Positions 9,489 through 26,242 of a stretch of 26,242 nt of DNA are shown one piece after another. The position numbers were made by a program, and so were the translations under genes. Below the pieces are notes generated by a model, which searched no databases, had not been told where the DNA came from, and worked only from the letters and a program-made list of their open reading frames with translations. Numbering within the stretch: position 1 is the stretch's first letter; each line of letters begins with the position of its first letter. This DNA comes from Spirogloea muscicola (lineage: Eukaryota): positions 168,104 through 194,345 of the forward strand of contig WELB01000019.1 in NCBI GenBank assembly GCA_009602725.1. The letters run 5' to 3'.

Positions 9489-11542
9489 TCAGATGTCGGT
9501 CTCTGAGAGTGCCACACGATACGCAGTGTACTTGTGGTTGAGCAGCCGCAGAGCGTGCACGCCGAAGTGCGAGCCAAGAGCACCCCACCGCTCATTGCGC
9601 AGGCCGTATATGACGCATCGCACGCGCTGGTGCACCATCGCCATTGCGCACCTGCCAGCCGCCCGGCACAGCAACCCGACGAGCTCTGCAATCAGTCAGT
9701 GTTGCAAGCTTGCGGGCCACCAGAGAGGCACAGCAAAGAGAAATCAGAACCAGCGAACAGGATTGACAGGCAGGACGCACATGGCGCATGGTTCGCGGAC
9801 CACGTATACATCGAACCCCGTGCACAGGTATGGCCGCAATAGCAGCAGGCCAACTCCAACACCATTGCCAGACGCCTCCTCTGGCAGCTGCACGAAAGTG
9901 GGGCCTTACACAGACTTAGCAGCGAGGCAGCCATGCGAGACTAATGCAGTGCCATCCGACTGAAGTGACCAAGGTGGCAGTCCCCAGATTGAGCTGGCAC
10001 GCTCTCACCTCAGCATTCGTTGCTCGTAGCCGCTTTGATGCAGGCTCGCTGCGAGCGACAGCAGTAGTGCACGCTGCCGAGGCAGCGCCGCCATCACCTC
10101 CGCTGGAGGCCTCGACGGCCTGGTCTTTAGGATAGCAACAGCCACTGGCCACTTTGGCAGACGCCTCACATTCTCCATTGCTCTGCTCCAGCGGGAATAG
10201 CCGCAGGTCCTGCTGGGCTGCGTTGTCAATAGCTGCCATTACCGCGTGCCGCAGGGGGTGCCAGCTGCCGCTTATCTCGTCCTTGCCGTGCAAGGGCTGT
10301 TCACAGCCCCAACCGCCAGACTGGTCCACTGCTTCAGCGACGATCCGCCGCGCTGCCGGGTCCACAATCACGGCTCCATTGGCAGGCTGCGCGCATGCTC
10401 ACATTGTCAGGCGCAGCTCCAACGAGCAGCCTCACGAGCCTCAGCCTTGGGCCGCACAGCAGCTTATGGATGGCCTTGCTGCAAGCTTCCACATACGTGG
10501 CCGAGGCTGCGCGCCCGGCGGGCGCAGCAGAGTGCGGCGTCCATGAATCGCTTCACATCAACCAAGTCCTGCTCGCCGAAGTCGGCCGCTGACGGTGGCC
10601 TCACGCTGTCACCACCTCCAAGAAGCTCGTGTCAGTATCTTCCAGATTGGGCCACGCCCAATGACAGCACCACTGCCACAGCACATGCCGCGATGTAAGC
10701 AATGACAGCCATCAGTGGTGCTCCCATGACTGTTTTGTGCATGGCGTTGAGGAACTCACTGCACATTCGGGTGGAAGGATGTCGGCCACAGGCGCGCCTG
10801 CTCTTCCCACTCAGCGCGAGTGCGCGGAGGCATGGCAGGCAGGGCCGCGGGGTACGGCGCCAGGCCGAAGGCCTCGACAGCCGCCGAGAGCACGCCCCAC
10901 GCTTCCTCCGGCAGCACGGCGGCGGCCTCGAACCGCTCCCCCCGGGCCGCGCAGAGCACGATGCTGAGCGCCGCCGCACCTGCCCTGGGCCGCCGCAGTC
11001 GCCGTCGCCGCCAAGCTCGCCGGAAGCGCGTCAGGAGAGTGGCGCCAGAAGCGCAAGCGCGCCACAGCAGTACATCCGCTGCCGCCGTCGCTCGAGCTCT
11101 CACCAGTGGTCGCGTCAACGTCCCGCCGGACGCGCTTGACATGCGCAAGGCCCGGGAGCGGTGCAGCGGCCGCCAGCCGACTGTATCGCCGCATGCGGCG
11201 CCATTGTGTTATGCCAGAGACTACCGTTGGAATATGTAACGTGGCGGCGGCAGCACCAACCATGGCGGCAACCATGGTAGGGGCGGCGCCGCGGAGCTCA
11301 CTGGATGAGAGCCGACGCGGCCTTCGGCTCAGGCAGGCGCGCCACGAAGACCGCCACTGCGCAACAGCCCGCCATCACTCAGTTTCCAGCGCGGGGCGAT
11401 GCTTAGCGGATGCTGCCACTGCCGCCATCGCTGCGGCGGGGCTGAGTGCAGCCGCTGAGCCGCTGGAGCACGCACCCGGCGGGCGCTCCTCGAGCTCCTC
11501 GGCTCCCAGGACCCGCTCCAGCTCCCACGGCAGCGCCGCCAT
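9489..11542 (-). CDS. TAD3: tRNA-specific adenosine-34 deaminase non-catalytic subunit TAD3/ADAT3 (~391 aa, 8 exons)
   Basis: Minus-strand exons 11542-11476, 11356-11302, 11180-11104, 10979-10760, 10605-10497, 10386-10009, 9887-9781 and 9651-9489 join in phase (1176 nt), all GT-AG. Motifs include [43 protein letters not shown] (HAV in place of catalytic HAE, typical of TAD3), [25 protein letters not shown] and LNHKY. Confidence 0.94.
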
Positions 11543-11559
11543 GGCCGACAGCGCCACTC

Positions 11560-11593
<34 letters not shown>

Positions 11594-11647
11594 AGGCGAG
11601 GGGACAAGCCCAAATCCTGAACCCTGAACCCCAGTAGGCGCTTCACC
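11543..11647. promoter_or_regulatory. Putative compact bidirectional promoter/5' UTR region between TAD3 and NOV
   Basis: 105 bp between divergent ATGs. Contains (GCC)10, a site II-type AGCCCA (11607-11612) and three telo-like heptamers AAATCCT-GAACCCT-GAACCCC (11612-11632). Confidence 0.55.
11561..11593. repeat. (GCC)10 microsatellite
   Basis: Read directly from the sequence. Confidence 0.9.
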
Positions 11648-22158
<10,511 letters not shown>

Positions 22159-23140
22159 ATAGTCAGCTCCCATTACAGAGCTTCATGTACAGATTGACGT
22201 CATCTCCTGATAGTATCAGGCTATTCTTTGGGAACACTGTTTGCAACATTATTCATTGTTGCGGCCACGCTCAGCCACTTGTTATGAGTTGCTGTGGCTT
22301 CAAGGTGGTCTGAGTGAACCCCAGCTGCACTTTGGGTCCGCGCATCTCGACTTTGCGCAGTAGATAATGCGCATACTAGAAGGCCTGAAAAGGGTAGCTT
22401 GATGGCAAAAGTTATTGCGTTGCCCAGCAGCACATATCAGACTCGATGAAGCAGAGCCAATTCCAGGCCGTGCACTAGATTTGCATGTTGTGTCCCAGCT
22501 CTGCATGTGGACGAGCAACTGCTGATGCTGAACAGCAGCTTCACTTTGCTGCAGCCAAGTGCCCATTTCTGTTCGGCCCTTTGGTTTGAGATCAAAGTCT
22601 CAAAGTGCCATGGACCTGGAGACGGGCCAACCCATGCAAAGTCCATGGGCTGGCTGCTTACTAAATGGGCTACTCAAGCTTTGCAGAGAGCTGCTTACTC
22701 AGCTCATTGCTCCCCCTTCATTTATGGTAATTTTTCTGCTGACCCTCATACCCCATCTTAACTATAATTCCTTCTACTGGCTATTGCAATGCCTCATCGT
22801 TGTGCTAGTACGCCTGGTATGCATAGTGCCAGGCTGCTGCACCTTTTCTATTTGTCAATTACTAGCAACAAGGTGGTGAGTCCCCAGAGTTGAGGTCACT
22901 GACAAATTGCGAGCTGGTGTAGGCCAAAGTTTGCAGGTGTTGCAATCAATAAAAGAATATGCAAAGTACCAAGTAAGTCAGCCTTAGTAACTGATGCTTT
23001 GGCTGTCTTCATCATAGCATCGTATGGCAATCCAACAGGAGGTGAGGATATTGTGAGCCGAAAACCCACAGAAGAGCCCCCCCACCATATAACGAGCATC
23101 AGTATAAGCACAAATGCAGAAACGCTGACCAGGTACATGA

Positions 23141-23164
23141 CATGGGCAACGTGGGCAACGTGGG
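23141..23164. repeat. 9-bp tandem repeat (TGGGCAACG) x~2.5
   Basis: catgggcaacgtgggcaacgtggg read directly. Confidence 0.8.
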
Positions 23165-23174
23165 AATTATTCTT

Positions 23175-23214
23175 ATCATTCATCACAGTCAAATACTTGA
23201 CTGTGATGAATGAT
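23175..23214. repeat. Perfect 18-bp inverted repeat with a 4-nt loop
   Basis: ATCATTCATCACAGTCAA (23175-23192), loop ATAC, TTGACTGTGATGAATGAT (23197-23214). Confidence 0.92.
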
Positions 23215-23626
23215 CATAACAACTTGCCAGCATGGCCGTTGTTATGAATAAATTTGATTGCAGATCTGTTTGTACCTGCCAGTAATTTAAAGTGCTTCGC
23301 AAATGGTAAGCAAGTCCGTTGCAGCTCTTTCTTGGAGCTAGCATTGACCTTTTATTTGGGGCACATGCTTCACCATGTGGCCTATCTGGTATGGAGCCTC
23401 ATGCGGCCGAGGGCAAGCTGGCACTGGCACTGGCTCTGCTTGGGCTGACTAATCAACAAATCTGAGGCTCCCTAGAGGAAGGCGCGAGCTCAAGATAAGG
23501 GCGTTCGGCCGTGAGCGCAGAGTTGGGTGATGCGGCTTATTGTCCTTGCGCTTTAACACAAGGTGTTTGCTGACCTTGGAGGTTATTAGTAATCAAAGTG
23601 ACATAACAAAATTGCGCGTGAACAGC

Positions 23627-26120
23627 CTAACTGCCTCCTCCATTGGTGGTGGGGAAGACAGCAATGCCACGGGGGTTGTAGACCTTGTCAGAAAAACGAG
23701 TGGCAAGATCCAACTTGAAGCGTGGGTCGAGGTATACGGAGGTCGCATTGAAAATGATGACGTGTATCTGCTTGGTGCCAGCTTCTTGGACAATGCCGTA
23801 TGGCTGGGGCAGGGGTGCCAGGTTGCCATTGGCCACCGGCTTGGGGCCTGAGTGAACGATAAGGACTCAGCTGTTAGTGGGGGGAGACGTGCAAGTCGAT
23901 ATATTCTTGACTACATGGCTTGTCATTGAATGTCGCTACAGGCTAAGAAGCCATTAAGAAAGCATGGATGGCATGTGGGCGGTGGATGAATGCAGGCCAG
24001 ATTGCCCACCCGAGTATGTCTCGTCGAGAGAGTAGTCAGTGATGATGACGCGGTGAGAGTCTGGCGACCCGGTGCCCTGCGTACCGCAGCAGAGGTCCAC
24101 CCTCACGCTGTTGGGCGCAGGAGGGGCCCTGCCCTCCACCACCGGGAGGGTGAACACCTGCTTGACGACCAGACTGGCGGGGTTCGTCCAGTCGAAGTAC
24201 ACTATCTGCGACGAGCAGGCGGAAGTTGTAGTCAGCGCAAGGGCCAGTGGAGGCTACTGTGAAGGTCAGACCAATGCTTTTTGCCCCAAAGAGGCCAACT
24301 CCTTGCTGCTGTAGTGAATGCTTGACAAGATGCAAGGGATGAGTACCTGTCCGGTTCCAGTCAGTGTGAGGAACCCAAGCTTGTACAGGACAGCGGTCTG
24401 GTTGAAGTAGCGGCCAGTGATAAGCTCCATTTGGCCGGGCTTGGAGCCAGAGCCAACGCCCGGCAACGTGTTCAGGTCAAGGGCCACGGACACCACGCCC
24501 GTCTTCGTTGCAAGATAGTAGATCTTGCCTGAGAAACGGCCTGTAGCAAGAACAGGTGGAACATCTCAGCATCGACAGGGAAGGCTACACCCACACATGC
24601 AGGCAACGACCAAGCTTATGATGTGTGCACAGCTTTTCCTCTAGAAATCCAGTGGAAGTGGCACTCACCAACGACGAGGGCCTTGGCTTGGCTGTCCCCT
24701 GGCAGGAACTTGACTTGCAGCAGACCGGCACCAGCGTCGGGAACTGTGACTGTGCTCAAAATCGAGCGGGTTGTGAAGTTCCACACACGAATGGTGCTGA
24801 AGGCAACAATGCCTGCAACAGGGGGCATCGCTCTCGGGTCAGGCGCTGACGACAGTATGGCCACCGGCAGGCACAGCTGAGCAATGCAAAGCAGACTTTT
24901 GGTGTGACTTAGTGTGATGCCTAGTGCTCACCGCTGGAAGGAGTGGGGTAATTGAAGGTGGAGTTGAGGACGTAGTAGTCAGTAGTGAGCATGAAACCAG
25001 TCTGGGTGTGGACGGCGATGCCCTTTGGGCAGAAGCCGGGAGGCGGAACGTCGGGGTACTCGGCGATCACGTTGGTGGCATTGTCGAACTCGGCAATTCG
25101 ACCACCGTCGCCACCTGACGAGCAAGTGCAAGGTGAGCTACCAACGCCTCAATGCCACAACTTCCAAGCTATGTACTTAGAGAAGAGCTTCCTGAAGCTA
25201 CTGTAGCATCATGAAGACATCCGCATCATGTACAGAGTCGCACTGAGACGCCGTACCATAAGGATCGGCGAGCATGGTGACAAGGAAGCCGCCGTTGGCG
25301 AGGGGGTAGAAGTCCTGGGGCGAGGCGGAGAGCGGCGGGTTCTTGGGCGCCAGCGGCTTGATGTTCTTGGCGTCCGTCATGTTCCAGAAGAAGACTTCGT
25401 TGTTGGGCTTCTTCTGCTGCCCCGTGTAAAAGCTCAGGCTGCCCGCGCCCGCCATCAGGTAGTTGAAGTTGGCCAGCGACATGGAACCCGGCTGCGCAGC
25501 CAGGCAAGCATTCGAGGCGAAGTCCATCCTCAGTAATGGGCAAATGGGGCAGCCGCAGGGCCTTCAGTCAGCGAGGATCCGAGTGATCCAGAAGCTGAAG
25601 CCATGCGGAAAATTGGGGCTAGCCGTCCCACTCATGCGTCCGAGAAGCGCGCGCTGACCTCGTTGCCGGTGGGGCTGTTGAGCACGTTGTATGTGATGAT
25701 GGTGCCGTAGGGGTGCCCGCCGACGAGCGCGTTGTTCCAGCCGATGACAAACATGGTGTCCCCGAGGGTCTTGTTAGCCTCGCCTGCAGCCCAGCCGGGC
25801 GCGCAGCGCAGCGAGCTCAGGGGTTCGGCACGCGTAGGCCGCCAGGACAAGCCTTGCGTGTGTCGGGTAAAAGGTTATGGTCAAAGTGGCCAACAAGCAC
25901 AACGGCAAGCACATCTGACGACGCACATCACCCACTGCAGCTCGACCCGCTCAGCAACCACGCCAGGAGGAGCAGCTGGGCGCGGGCAGGAAAGGCGGGA
26001 GGAGGTGGGCTCACCGGCCCAGATGTAGAGGTAGTGGCCGGCGGCGTTGTTCTGGACGGCGCCGGCGAGGCCCGCGAAAGCGGCGAGAGCGACGAGCGCG
26101 GCCGCTGCGAGCGACGCCAT
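23627..26120 (-). CDS. Secreted selenium-binding protein 56 (SBP56)/methanethiol-oxidase-like beta-propeller protein (~467 aa, 8 exons)
   Basis: Minus-strand exons 26120-26015, 25783-25659, 25491-25257, 25114-24932, 24812-24669, 24540-24347, 24205-24010 and 23847-23627 join in phase (1404 nt), all GT-AG. The protein has a signal peptide (MASLAAAALVALAAFAGLAGA). Motif order YLYIWAG, PYGTII, PTGNEP, GGFLVTM, GRIAEFD..VIAEYP, F.P.GIAV..MLTTDY, TIRVWN..RSILSTVTVP.AG.QVKFLPG, VIITDY and P.GIAVF follows the bacterial/fungal secreted SBP56-like clade as I recall it. The gene model is firm; the family call rests on motif memory. Confidence 0.8.
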
Positions 26121-26130
26121 GGCGGCAAGG

Positions 26131-26227
26131 CGGAGGAGAGCCGGGGAGCCGGAAGGTGGAGCAGGAAGCGAGGAGGAAGAGAGGAGGGAGGGAGGAGGGA
26201 GGGAGGAGGGAGGTGGGGGGGGGGGGC
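26131..26227. repeat. Purine-rich (GGA/GGAG) low-complexity tract ending in a G run, in the 5' flank of the SBP56-like gene
   Basis: ggaggagag...ggagggagggaggagggagggaggagggaggtggggg... This reads as a CT-rich leader on the coding (minus) strand. Confidence 0.75.
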
Positions 26228-26242
26228 TGGTCGTGCATGGGG

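Noticed and set aside
10225..10260. TAD3 HAV instead of catalytic HAE as a sign of pseudogenisation
   Set aside because: Loss of the catalytic Glu is the normal, defining state of TAD3/ADAT3.
22896..23192. 98-aa minus-strand ORF with a hydrophobic stretch
   Set aside because: It has a non-ATG start inside the inverted repeat and no recognisable homology, so it is probably incidental.

Overview
Eukaryotic, intron-rich, GC-rich nuclear DNA. The plant-type gene content (PV42, NO VEIN) suggests a streptophyte green alga or early-diverging plant; this is inference only. I reconstructed five spliced genes by hand from splice-site phase continuity and recalled family motifs. (1) PV42-like SnRK1 gamma/CBS-domain protein, + 481-3532, 12 exons, one GC-AG intron. 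(2) TRM5 tRNA m1G37 methyltransferase, - 5642-8615, first exon apparently damaged. (3) TAD3/ADAT3 tRNA adenosine-34 deaminase subunit, - 9489-11542. (4) NO VEIN (NOV), a ~2,700 aa sacsin-like GHKL ATPase plus DUF3883 nuclease-fold protein, + 11648-22158, head-to-head with TAD3 across 105 bp and interrupted by an assembly gap and poly-A run. (5) A secreted SBP56/methanethiol-oxidase-like beta-propeller, - 23627-26120, whose family-typical histidine motifs all appear substituted. The most notable points are the His-less secreted SBP56-like protein, the intact ATPase-nuclease architecture of NOV, two adjacent tRNA anticodon-loop modification genes, and an 18-bp perfect foldback at 23175-23214. 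No rRNA, tRNA, CRISPR array or intact transposon was recognised. Most short ORFs in the supplied track are shadows of these exons.
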